Below are positions 35,501 through 46,853 of a DNA stretch of 49,129 nucleotides, piece by piece (the stretch's first letter is position 1; each line of letters opens with the position of its first letter). The position numbers and the translations under genes are program-made. Source of the DNA: Stegostoma tigrinum (Eukaryota); NCBI RefSeq assembly GCF_030684315.1, contig NW_026728244.1, positions 124,001 through 173,129 on the forward strand, written 5' to 3'. The notes under the pieces are model-generated. The model saw only the letters and a program-made list of their open reading frames with translations. It was not told where the DNA came from and did no database searches.

Positions 35501-38500
35501 CAGAGACAGGGAGGGGGTGTAGGGGGATGGAGGAGGTGACAGAGATAGGGAGGGGGTGTAGGGGGCTGGAGGGGGTGACGGAGATGCATAGTAGCCAGTA
35601 TAAGTTAAGTGACCACCTCTCCCTCTGTGCCCAGCAAAATTCGCCCTCAGGACCACATCCTGACTTTAGGAAGCTGTGCAGAGTAGAAATGGCCATTCTG
35701 CCCATTGAGGGTGGGGGACAGGCCAGGTGCGGCCGGGTTGTGTGTCGTGTCTGAGCTGTCCATCGTTCCTTCAGCTTCAGTGCGGAGATCAATCCACATT
35801 CCTCCTTTCGCCCGCAGCCAAACCTTCTGTTACTATCCGCACGCGCCGCATGACAAGCAGTAGTGAGCCTCTCCTCCTGAGTTGCCACGTGAATGGTTTC
35901 TATCCGCGGGATATCAACATCAGCTGGCTGCTGAATGGCGCTGCCCTCGAACAGGCACACACCAGCACCACTTTACCCAATGCAGATGGCACCTTTCAGC
36001 TCATGGGGCACATCGGCATTGTTCCCAGGAACGGTGACACATACACCTGCCAAGTGGAGCACAGCAGCAGTTCAGACAAACTCACGGCCAACTGGGGTAA
36101 GGAAGTGTTGAAGGGCTGAGTGGGTGTTGCTCTGTTTATTATCTGACCCCTACAGGCTGGGCACACTGGCCCCTTTGGTTGCTAGTGCAGACTGAGTACT
36201 CAGTATAATCGTGTATCGTGCAAATAAATCCGAACGTGAGTTTTAGCCTGAAGGCCTTCGGCAGAACAGTGGGTTGGGGTGAGAGCATTCAATTTGCCAG
36301 AGACTTCAGCTTTCATTCCCCATCAGTGAAGTGTCGATTAGAAGCCATCATAGCCGCCCAACCTGTTTGTCTGAGATACCTTGGACCAGCCTGCTGTATT
36401 CAAAACAGGCTGCGGTTATATTCGAGGCTGAGAGAGAGAGAGATGTTTAATCAGGAAGGGGGGGGATCGAGGGGTTATATTCGAGGCTGAGAGAGAGAGA
36501 GATGTTTAATCAGGAATGGGGGGGATCGAGGGGTTATATTCGAGGCTGAGAGAGAGAGATGTTTAATCAGGAAGGGGGGGGATCGAGGGGTTATATTCGA
36601 GGCTGAGAGAGAGAGATGTTTAATCAGGAAGGGGGGAAGTCTGGGGGTCATGGATTTGGTTAAAGCCAGGTAACGCTCGACTGGGAGACTGTGAACGCAT
36701 TCTGGGGGCGAATGGGGTTTCAGGTGGGAGACATGTGGGTGTAATGAATCACACTGGACTCTTCTTCTGTTTCACTGCCCCCCCCCCTCAGAATCGACGG
36801 TGAAACTCTGGCCATCTGGCGGATACGCTATCGGGATAATCTTTGGAATTATTGGCATCATCTGTACTGTGACCGGCATGGTTGGCCGACGGCTAGGTAG
36901 GTGCGGAATCTGTGCGTCTGACCAAGCCGGAGGATCCCTGCAGCCCCCCACCTGCCGTCCTTCCCAAACTCAGGGAGTGGAATCGCTCCCCAGCACCCCA
37001 TACCATTCCAGGTCGTACTGAGCACCGACAAATCACCAGGCCCCCTCGCAGATGTCTCCCATTTGCTCCGGCCTGCATTTCCCGACATTTCACTCTCCCA
37101 CAGAGATGGGATGAGGTTGAGATCCTGCGGGTGCCAGGGTTGGGGGGTGGTGGGTGGTCGCGGGGACCGCTGGAGCAGGAGGTGGCTGCGGTGGGTCAGC
37201 CCCAATCTCAGACCCATCTCTTGGTTACTTTCTCCCCAGGGCACCATGCCAGGACCAACCAGAACCAACGCAACGCCCACTCAGAGGGTAGCTCGGGCAT
37301 CACTGGCGCAGGTAACACTAAAGCCCCCAATCCCCTAACATCTCCCTCCCCTCCCCCAACAACGCCCCCTCCCCCACCACCAACACCGTCCCATCCCCCA
37401 CTCAACACCGCCCCATCCCCCATTCAACACCGCCCCGTCCCCCACTCAACACCGTCCCATCCCCCAGTCAACATGCCCCATCCCTCCAAACACAGCCCCA
37501 CCCCTCAAACACCACTCCTTCAACCCTCAAAACCAGCCCATCACCCCACAAACGCCGACCCAACCCTCACAAACCACTAACATTAACCTACCTCCCACCC
37601 CGCACTCAACACCAACCCATCACCCACTCAACAGCACCCCAAACCCTCTAAATCACCCCCCTAGTCCCCGCCAAACACCACCCCATTCCCCCTAAATCAC
37701 CCCCCTAGTCCCCTCCAAACCCCACCCCAAACCCCTAAATCAACACCCTAGTCCCCTCCAAACACCACCCCACTCCCCTAAATCACCCCCCTAGTCCCCT
37801 CCAAACACCACCCCATGCCCCCAAATCACCCCCCTAGTCCCCTCCAAACACTACCCCATTCCCCTAAATCCCCCCCTAGACACCTCCAAACACCACCCCA
37901 TTCCCCTCAATCACCACCCTAGTCCCCTCCAAACACCACCCCATTCCCCTAAATGACCCCCCAAGTCTTCTCCAAACACCACCCCATTCCCCTCAATCAC
38001 CCCCATAGTCCCCTCCAAACACCACCCCATTCCCCTAAATCACCCCCCAGTCCCCCCCCAAACACCACCCCATTCCCCTAAATGACCCCCCAAGTCTCCT
38101 CCAAACACCACCCCATTCCCCTAAATCACCCCCCTAGTCCCCGCCAAACACCACCCCATTCCCCTAAATCACCCCCCTAGTCCCCTCCAAACACCACCCC
38201 ATTCCCCTAAATCACCCCCATAGTCCCCTCCAAACACCACCCCATTCCCCTAAATCACCCCCCTAGTCCCCTCCAAACACCACCCCATTCCCCCTAAATC
38301 ACCCCCTAGTCCCCTCCAAACACCACCCCATTCCCCTAAATCACCCCCCTAGTCCCCTCCAAACACCACCCCATTCCCCCTAAATCACCCCCCTAGTCCA
38401 CTCCAAACACCACCCCATTCCCCTAAATCACCCCCCTAGTCCCCTCCAAACACCACCCCATTCCCCCTAAATCACCCCCCTAGTCCCCTCCAAAAACCAC

Positions 38501-41025
38501 CCCATTCCCCTAAATCACCCCCCAGTCCCCTCCAAACACCATGCCATTCCCCTAATCACCCCCCAGTCCCCTCCAAACACCACCCCATTCCCCCTAAATC
38601 ACCCCCATAGTCCCCTCCAAACACCACCCCATTCCCCTAAATCACTGCCCTAGTCCCCTCCAAACACCACCCCATTCCCCCTAAATCACCCCCCTAGTCC
38701 ACTCCAAACACCACCCCATTCCCCCTAAATCACCTCCCTAGTCCCCTCCAAACACCACCCCATTCCCCCTAAATCACCTCCCTAGTCCCCTCCAAACACC
38801 ACCCCATTCCCCTAAATCACCCCCCTAGTCCCCTCCAAACACCACCCCATTCCCCCTAAATCACCTCCCTAGTTCCCTCCAAACACCACCCCATTCCCCT
38901 AAATCACCCCCCTAGTCCCCTCCAAAAACCACCCCATTCCCCTAAATCACCGCCCTAGTCCCCTCCAAACACCACCCCATTCCCCTAAATCACCCCCCAG
39001 TCCCCTCCAAACACCACCCCATTCCCCTAAATCACCCCCCTAGTCCCCTCCAAACACTACCCCATTCCCCTAAATCACCCCCCAGTCCCCTCCAAACACC
39101 ACCCCATTCCCCTAAATCACCCCCCTAGTCCCTTCCAAACACCACCCCATTCCCCTCCAGTACTCTAATACCAATCTCAAGCCCATCTAACCTACACTAT
39201 TCCATGTACGTCCATATGCTTATCCAATGACCACTTATATGTACCTAAAGTTGGCGAATCTACTACTGTTGCAGGCAAAGCGTTCCATTCCCTTACTACT
39301 CTCTGAGTAAAGAAACTACCTCTGACATCTGTCCTATATCTTTCACCCCTCAATTTAAAGCTATGCCCCCTCGTGCTCGCCATCACCATCCTAGGAAAAA
39401 GGCTCTCCCTATCCACCCTATCTAACACTGATTATTTTATATGTTTCAATTAAGTCACCTCTCAACCTTCTTCTCTCTAATGAAAACAGCCTCAAGTCCC
39501 TCAGCCTTTCCTCGTAAGACCTTCCCTCCATTCCAGGCAACATCCTAGTAAATCTCCTCTGCACCCTTCCCAAAGCTTCCACATCCTCCTTATAATGCGG
39601 TGACCAGAACTGTACGCAATACTCCAAGTGCGGCCGCACCAGAGTTTTGTACAGCTTCAGCATAACCTCTTGGTTCCGGAACTCGATCCCTCTATTAATA
39701 AAAGCTAAAACACTGTATGCCTTCTTAACAGCCCTGTCAACCTGGGCGGCAACTTTCAAGGATCTGTGTACATGGACACCGAGATCTCTCTGCTCATCTA
39801 AACTACTAAGAATCTTACCATTAGAATGACACCATTTGTTAGGTGTCTGGATGGGAACATGGATAGGAAGGGTTTAGAGGGATCGGGGCCGAATCATTGC
39901 ACTGAACAGTCTGTTTGTGTGCTGTATGGCTCTATGACTGGGAACACGCATTTGAGGTGAGTTCAAAGGTGATGTGAGGGGCAAGGTTTTTTTTTACACA
40001 CAGAGTAGTAGGAATGAGGAACGTGTTGCTAAGTGCGGTGGTGGGAGCAGGGTTAAGGGCCGTTAGGGTTAGATAAGCCCATGGACATGCAAGGAATGGA
40101 GGGATATGGGCCTCGGGCAGGCAGAAGGAAGTAGTTTCATTTTGGTTCAGTAAAACACTGTGGGCCGAAGGGCCTGTTCCTGTGCTGTGCACTGTTCTAT
40201 GACCGAGTGCCCTGTCTGGCCTGTGTAAATGAGCCTAAGCTTAAGTAGGAACACCCTCCCCTCCCCGCCCCATCCACATCAATAGAAGGTGGAGAGTGTC
40301 AAGTTCCTCACAGTGACAATAAAGCGACAACTTGCCCTGGACTCCCCCCGTAGACACGACAGCACAACATCCTCTTCTTCCTCAGGCAGCTCGGGAAATT
40401 TGCCGTGCCCCTCACCAGCTTCTGCGGACGCACCGTAGAAAGCAAACTGTCCGGGTGCCTGACGGTCTCGTATGCTCAGGGCCGTGAGAAACTGCAGAAG
40501 GTGCAGTGCACAGTCCAGACCCTCACTTAAGCCAACCTTCCATCCATGAACTCTACTTGTAGGGCTCACTGCCGCAGAAAGGCGTCCAACATCGTCAAAG
40601 AGCCCCCACCCCTCCCCAGGAATCTCTTCCATCAGGCAGGAGGTACAGAAGCCTGAGCGCACGCACATGTTCATCAGGAACAGCTCCCTGCCTGCTGTCA
40701 TCAGGCTGATGGGTGTGCTTCTCTCATTTCAAAATCTACTACCGTTCTGTGCACCTCCTGTACAGCCGTGACCCCGTATGCACCTCGCAACCCGCCCGCG
40801 CCGCTCGCACAACAAAACTTTTCACTGTACTCGGGCTCACACAGCAACAATGCATCAATCAGGGAGTGTTACAGATCAACGCTGCCCTAGGACCCACTCT
40901 GACCTGGTTTTCCTCTTCTGCTCTTGTTTTTTGCAGGGAGCTGCGCACAGGCAGAGGCAGAACGCCTGTACGGGGCAGGTGACCGGCATCCCAGTCCCAC
41001 TGACATCGACCTGAGTCAGTGCTGA
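32488..41025 (+). CDS. WB: MHC W-category beta chain, pair 2 (6 coding exons, about 282 aa)
   Basis: Exons 32488-32536, 33286-33540, 35818-36096, 36792-36896, 37240-37311, 40937-41025; GT-AG, phase 1, open frame. beta1 GFNMMQFLL..RFAYDGTDVL; Ig LSCHVNGFYPRDINISWLLNG..LPNADGTFQ..YTCQVEH; TM GGYAIGIIFGIIGIICTVTGMVG. Confidence 0.85.
32655..33280. repeat. CT-rich tandem repeat, about 72-bp unit (WB-2 intron 1)
   Basis: repeated cctcctccatccctctctctccctcatccttctccctctctcactctccctccatctctctctccacaca. Confidence 0.85.
33286..33540 (+). CDS. WB: WB-2 exon 2, beta1 groove domain (no cysteines)
   Basis: 255 nt, phase 1-1; Q at position 6 and AYDGxD as in class I alpha2. Confidence 0.88.
33630..35586. 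repeat. minisatellite, 39-bp unit, G-rich (WB-2 intron 2); reverse complement of the 15390-17215 array
   Basis: (gtgacagagatagggagggggtgtagggggctggagggg)n. Confidence 0.95.
35818..36096 (+). CDS. WB: WB-2 exon 3, beta2 Ig domain, class I alpha3-like
   Basis: 279 nt; LPNADGTFQ motif. Confidence 0.93.
36413..36636. repeat. tandem repeat, about 60-bp unit, about 3.7 copies
   Basis: ggttatattcgaggctgagagagagagatgtttaatcaggaag... Confidence 0.85.
36792..36896 (+). CDS. WB: WB-2 exon 4, TM
   Basis: ESTVKLWPSGGYAIGIIFGIIGIICTVTGMVGRRL; G|gtaggt donor. Confidence 0.82.
37240..37311 (+). CDS. WB: WB-2 exon 5, cytoplasmic
   Basis: tttctccccag acceptor, 72 nt phase 1-1, GHHARTNQNQRNAHSEGSSGITGA. Confidence 0.65.
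37640..39158. repeat. minisatellite, about 43-bp unit (WB-2 intron 5)
   Basis: (cccctccaaacaccaccccattcccctaaatcacccccctagt)n. Confidence 0.95.
39175..39825 (-). mobile_element. CR1 LINE 3' fragment
   Basis: ORFs 39418-39759 and 39192-39428. Confidence 0.85.
40937..41025 (+). CDS. WB: WB-2 probable terminal coding exon
   Basis: long polypyrimidine tract ending ttttttgcag; GSCAQAEAERLYGAGDRHPSPTDIDLSQC-TGA. Confidence 0.55.
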
Positions 41026-43134
41026 GGAGGGGGTGCAGCATTTCCAGCGTCTTGACTACACATAAGGGGAAGGCGGATGCCCAGATAAAACTGCTCCATT
41101 TTAACCGATAAGATTTCTGCTGCCTAGGATGAAGATACAGGAGGAACGAGTTTGTAAAATAAGGAGGGGGAGGGATACAGTTAGTGTTAGATTTCAAGCC
41201 TGGAGGGGGCACACTTCGAAGGTGAGATTTTCAACAAGCCAGGAAGGGGGCAAATTTTTTCGCGCAGAGGGCAGTTCGTGAGCACAATGAACTTCCTGAG
41301 GTACATGGACAGCAAAGGTTTGGAGGGATATGGGCCAGAAGCAGGTGGACAGGACTAGTTTCAGTTGGGATTATGAGTCAGCATGGACTGGGTGGACCGA
41401 AGGGCCTGTTTCCTTGCTGTATGACGCACATCGCTGTTGAGATGTGTTTTTGAGAATTTGTATTTGAAGGATTGTCACGCGTTTGAAAATTTTTTTCCTT
41501 CAATGAAGGACATAATTTTGTCATCAGAGACCCCTTTGGTAAGTGATGTCACACAAGCTAATTCCTCGGGCCCGTCCGCTGGAAATCTCACGTCTGGGCT
41601 CATGGTGGTCAAAAGCGATTACTTGCTTGGGAGATTGCCACCCGCTGAGGGAGAGAGAGGAGCTACAGAACTGAAACACCATCCCGTCTGGGGAAACATT
41701 GCTGGAGCATTCCCGATTTCCTTTGAGTTGTTGCCAATTTCCCAGAGACAACTGCCCTGTGCCCGGCGACATCGAAGAACCAACAATTTTGGCTAAAGTG
41801 CTTACTTATTCGGAAAAAGAGTTTTCGTGCAAAAGGCCGCCTTTTCCCGAGCTATTCCTTCCATCCTCGTGTTATCAGTTCTCTGGATCAGGTGGATTGA
41901 GGGGTATTCATTGGAGGGGTCAGTATTTAAGGCTGGAGATACTTTTGTCCCTTGGAAGCTAACATTTCCGTCCCCCTCACAATAAAATCCCATGTGACAA
42001 TGCTGTGGTTTTAAGAGTTATTTCGTCCTGTCCTTTCGTTTGGAAGTTGGGGGGTGGGGAGGGTGCTGGCTAGTAAAAACCCATAAACCAAACAGCTTGG
42101 GTTTCTTTGTAAAATGAAGCATTGGAACATTAGAAGCAGCCTGGCCGGGTGTGGCCGGCTCTCACACACCAGGATTCTGATTTTGCGTTTTTAAGGTTGG
42201 CGTTAAGCTGTTGGACCTCCGAGGGGGCAGAAGTAGTGGAAGCTATCTTTCTCCTCTCTGGTTTTCACCCAGAAACTGGGGGTGGGGTGGGCCAGGTTTC
42301 TCTCTGCTCCTGGGCTACCTGCGAGATAAACCTTGATGTCTGATTTTGCCAAGGGGTGTGCATTTAAGGGAATAGTTATTGCGTCTATTGTTCAGTTAAG
42401 TTTGCTGATAAGAGTTAAGTTATCCTAAATTCTTTTATCTCTTGCTGTATTTTAACTGCGGTGTTCCAATAAACTGTGTTGTGGCTTAACTGGCGGAATT
42501 TTGGATCCATAACATAGCACCTCACCTTCACCTTTGAAATAAGGAAAAGTTGGGGTCTACACAACCCTCTGCTGTGAAGTTGAACAGAGCACTTGTGGAT
42601 CGGAAGGCAGGGCAGTAGAATTTTTTGTTTGTGAAACAGAGGGCGAGAAAGAGTGCGTGGTCCCTTTGGAAGATGATGTTTTTCAAGGCTTGGAGATTTT
42701 TTAGAAAGAAAGTCTCTGCAGAGAGAACAGAAAACGAAACTTTGGATAACCTCCCCATGACGCACTCCTCACCGGCCGGGAAAAGGCCACTCACACAGTT
42801 TTATGCCCCCAGGCACCCTCCTGTGATGACCCCTCCCCCATCCGATCATCCCCCTCCCCCCCTCTTTGGGCAGCAGTGCCTTGTCGCCTGTCTCACCCCA
42901 TCCCCCTCCATCATTGCCTCCTCCTCCCTCTCTCCATCAAAGCCAACTCAATGAAGGGGCGTCACCCCCCTCACCCTCCACCCCAACATCCCTACCCTCC
43001 AACCTCTCACCCACCCCTCCTCCCCTCCCATTCCACTTCACCCCCCTCACCTTGCCCTCAACCCCATCACCCTCCCTTCCACCCCCGCACACTCCCCTTA
43101 AACCTGTCACCCTCCCTCCACCCCTCCCCCAATC

Positions 43135-43300
43135 GTCCATCCCCCTCACTGTCCATACCCTCACTCTCCCCTCCATCCCCCTCACTGTCCATACCCTCAC
43201 TCTCCCCTCCATCCCCCTCACTGTCCATACCCTCACTCTCCCCTCCATCCCCCTCACTGTCCATACCCTCACTCTCCCCTCCATCCCCCTCACTGTTCAC
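43135..43300. repeat. 36-bp tandem repeat, about 4.5 copies
   Basis: (ccatccccctcactgtccataccctcactctcccct)n. Confidence 0.85.
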
Positions 43301-43631
43301 CCCCTCAGCCTCCATCCCCCTCACCATTCACCACCTCACTCTCCATCTCCCTCCCCTCCAACCCCATCTCAGCTGCAGCTCCCAAGCTCCCCATGGCTAC
43401 CTTCCATATCACATCAATACGTGACCCACACTCGTGCCCCGCCCCCACCCCCAGGCCTGGTCTCCCTGTCACTGGCTTCGTTTACAGAGAAAGATCCCAC
43501 ATGACCCCACCCCATGAGGGCTTGGACTGAACCTACCTCCCCCCAGGCCCACTCCATTCCCCTGGGCAGACCCCGACCCCTCGCCATCCCCTCCTACTGT
43601 GTGTCCCCAGTCGGTGCCTGGTCCCTGTTCC

Positions 43632-44133
43632 CAATGGGAAAGGGCTCTATCCCTCTCTACTCCCTCACAGATTCCCCTTGAGTCGGATTTCCTCCCCTCC
43701 CCCAGCATCTTTGAGATGCCCCTCTCTCCTCCCTATCCTGATGCTGATGCTTTGTAAAATTCCCCCAGTGTTTTGAAATGTGCTTCGTTCCCACAGAACC
43801 TGTTTGTCTAGCTGGGAGCCAAGTGTCAGGTTAAGATATCCGGGATTGTGAAATGAACGAGCTGCCGGCGGGGGCGAAAGCAGGCGGGGTGTCTGTGTGT
43901 CGGTGCTGAGATTCAGTTACAGTGCTGAATCACGGCGTCAGGTAAAGCTCAACCCTACTGATCTGCCTCTGAGCGATTCTCAAATTCCCATCGCCCCATC
44001 TGGGAACGCGCAGGAGAGGGACCCACACGCTCGCGCGCCATGGAGTTCCGTGGGATCTGCCTTCTCATCCTGGTGACGGCAGTCAGGGCACAGACTGGTG
44101 AGTCGCAGAGGTTTTAACAGGCCCTTCAGCCCA
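43632..44133 (+). repeat. inverted near-identical copy of 10191-10692 (WA-1 promoter, leader exon and start of intron 1)
   Basis: Base-by-base reverse-complement match; paired coordinates sum to 54324; one substitution seen in codon 4 (CAT/CGT). Confidence 0.95.
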
Positions 44134-45354
44134 CCCTGCCCATGCTAGCCCGCGCTCCATTCTCATCCCATTTCCCTGCACTCAGCGTGCGGCTGTGCAC
44201 AGCTGCCCAAACACTTTTCCGAATGTCTGACCCCCCCCCCCGCCCCGCATTCAGTCAGCCCTCTGTGTGAAAACTGATTCCGTTATACCCCCTTCCCTTA
44301 AAACTCTGCCCCCCACATTGTTACAAACTTCATTTGTGGGGTGTGGGTGTCGCTGGCTAGGCTGCTTTAATGCCCATCCCTAATTACCCAGCGGGCAGTT
44401 TAAGAGTTGCCGGCATCGCTGTGGGAATGGAGTCACATGTAGGCCAGACTGAGTAAGTGTCATACAGTGCAAAACACCGCAGCAGGCCCTTCGGCCCACA
44501 TCCTTGCGCTGAACGTGACACCAAGTTGAACGAGTCCCTTCGGCCTGCCCTTCCCTCCATTCCTTGCGCAGTAGAGAGCTTGCCTAAATGCCCCTTCCAT
44601 TCTCTGTGTAAAATAAGAACCTTCCCCTCACATCTCCTGCTGGGAACGTGCCCCCCTAGCCTTAAATGTAGGCCCCATACTATTAGACATTTAATCTCGA
44701 GGAGAAGGATTCTGACTGTCAACTCTATCTATGCATCTCGTAATTTTATAGACTTCTATCGCGTCTCCCCTCATCCTCCAAAGAAAAGAACCCGAGTTTT
44801 TCCAGCCTCTCCTTACAGCTCATACCCTCTAATCCAGGCAGCATCATGGCAAACCTCGTCTGCACCCCTCTCCAAATCCTCCAACGCCTTTCCTGCAACA
44901 CAGCGACCAGTACTGAGCCGAGATCGTTTCTTTCCCTAATGGCCAGGAGTGAACCAGATGGGTCTTTATTCCCGATGTTTGGAAGCTTAAACTCTCAATT
45001 CTAGACCTTCTCTTTAACTGGGCTGTGGGTCCCCACATCCCCTCAAGCAATTTACAAAGTCGAGGGGGGTCTATACGTCCCGAGGACCTGTAGAGAGGTC
45101 GGGTGCCCTGCTGGGTGGGGTGGGGTTTAAACGCCGACCTGCATACTCATCAAAAAGACAAAGTTAAGGAACTGTGCCCACGTCCACCGCTTCCTCAGGT
45201 AGCTCATTCCACACGCGGACCACCCTCTGTGTTAAATGTTTGTCTCCACCCTCCAACCCTTGTCTTTTTTCAATCTCTCCCCCTCCCCATAGAAACGTAC
45301 CCCGTAGTCTTGAAACCCTGCCGAGAAACAAGTACCATTAACTATCTATGATGT

Positions 45355-46525
45355 GATAATGGGAACTGCAGATGCTGCAGAATCCAAGATAATAAAATGT
45401 GAGGCTTCCCCCCACAGTGGTCGAGAACGCCCTTGACCGCGTCTCCTGTATTTCCCGCAACACGTCTCTCACACCCCGCCCCCGCCACAACCGCCCAAAG
45501 AGGATCCCCCTCGTTCTCACACACCACCCCACTAACCTCCGGATACAACGCATCATCCTCCGACACTTCCGCCATCTACAATCCGACCCCACCACCCAAG
45601 ACATTTTTCCATCCCCACCCCTGTCTGCTTTCCGGAGAGACCACTCTCTCCGTGACTCCCTTGTTCGCTCCACACTGCCCTCCAACCCCACCACACCCGG
45701 TACCTTCCCCTGCAACCGCAGGGGATGCTACACTTGCCCCCACACCACCTCCCTCACCCCTATCCCAGGCCCCAAGATGACATTCCACATTAAGCAGAGG
45801 TTCACCTGCACATCTGCCAATGTGGTATACTGCATCCACTGTACCCGGTGTGGCTTCCTCTACATTGGGGAAACCAAGCGGAGGCTTGGAGACCGCTTTG
45901 CAGAACACCTCCGCTCGGTTCGCAATAAACAACTGCACCTCCCAGTTTCGAACCATTTTAATTCCCCCTCCCATTCCTCAGACGACATGTCCATCATGGG
46001 CCTCCTGCAGTGCCACAATGATGCCACCCGAAGGTTGCAGAAACAGCAACTCATATTCCGCCTGGGAACCCTGCAGCCCAATGGTATCAATGTAGACTTC
46101 ACCAGCTTCAAAATCTCCCCTTCCCCCACCGCATCCCTAAACCAGCCCAGTTCGTCCCCTCCCCCCACTGCATCCCAAAACCAGTCCAACCAGTCTCTGC
46201 CTCCCTAACCTGTTCTTCCTCTCACCCATCCCTTCCTCCCACCCCAAGCCGCACCTCCATCTCCTACCTACTAACCTCATCCCACCTCCTTGACCTGTCC
46301 GTCTACCCTGGACTGACCTATCCCCTCCCTACCTCCCCACCTATACTCTCCTCTCTACCTATCTTCTTTTCTCTCCATCTTCGGTCCGCCTCCCCCTCTC
46401 TCCCTATTTATTCCAGTTCCCTCCCCCCATCCCCCTCTCTGATGAAGGGTCTAGGCCCGAAACGTCAGCTTTTGTGCTCCTGAGATGCTGCTGGGCCTGC
46501 TGTGTTCATCCAGCCTCATATTTCA
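45355..46525 (+). mobile_element. Penelope-like retroelement, 5'-truncated, with GIY-YIG endonuclease
   Basis: ORF 45399-46208: FTCTSANVVYCIHCTRCGFLYIGETKRRLGDRFAEH; terminal sequence gatgaagggtctaggcccgaaacgtc. Confidence 0.9.
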
Positions 46526-46637
46526 TTCCCGTTAACTATCTACACCATTCTCGATGTTATAAACTTCTACAACGTCTCCTCTCAACCTCCAGCCTTTCTC
46601 TATAACTCAAACTCATTCCCAGTAACATCCTGGGGAA

Positions 46638-46853
46638 AGAGGTAACACGGTGTGGAGCTGGATGAACACAGCAGGCCAAGCAACATCAGAGGAGCAGGAA
46701 AGCTGACGTTTCGGGCCTAGACCCTTCATTTTCCGAAGAAGCGTCTAGGCCCGAAACTCCTTCCTGCTCCTCTGATGCTTGGCCTGCTGTGTTCATCCAG
46801 CTCTACACCGTGTTATCTCAGATTCTCCAGCATCTGCAGTTCTTGCTATCTCT
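46638..46853. mobile_element. palindromic Penelope-terminus-derived element
   Basis: ggatgaacacagcaggccaagc...gggcctagac / gtctaggcccg...gcttggcctgctgtgttcatcc inverted arms. Confidence 0.7.

Noticed and set aside
33517-35960. 690-794-aa ORFs on the minus strand
   Set aside because: Minisatellite translation, antisense to WB-2 intron 2.
11255-41025. Calling the beta genes classical class II beta/DM or class I heavy chains
   Set aside because: They lack class II beta2 W153 (DRTY and DGTF instead of DWTF) and have only one groove exon, whereas class I needs two.
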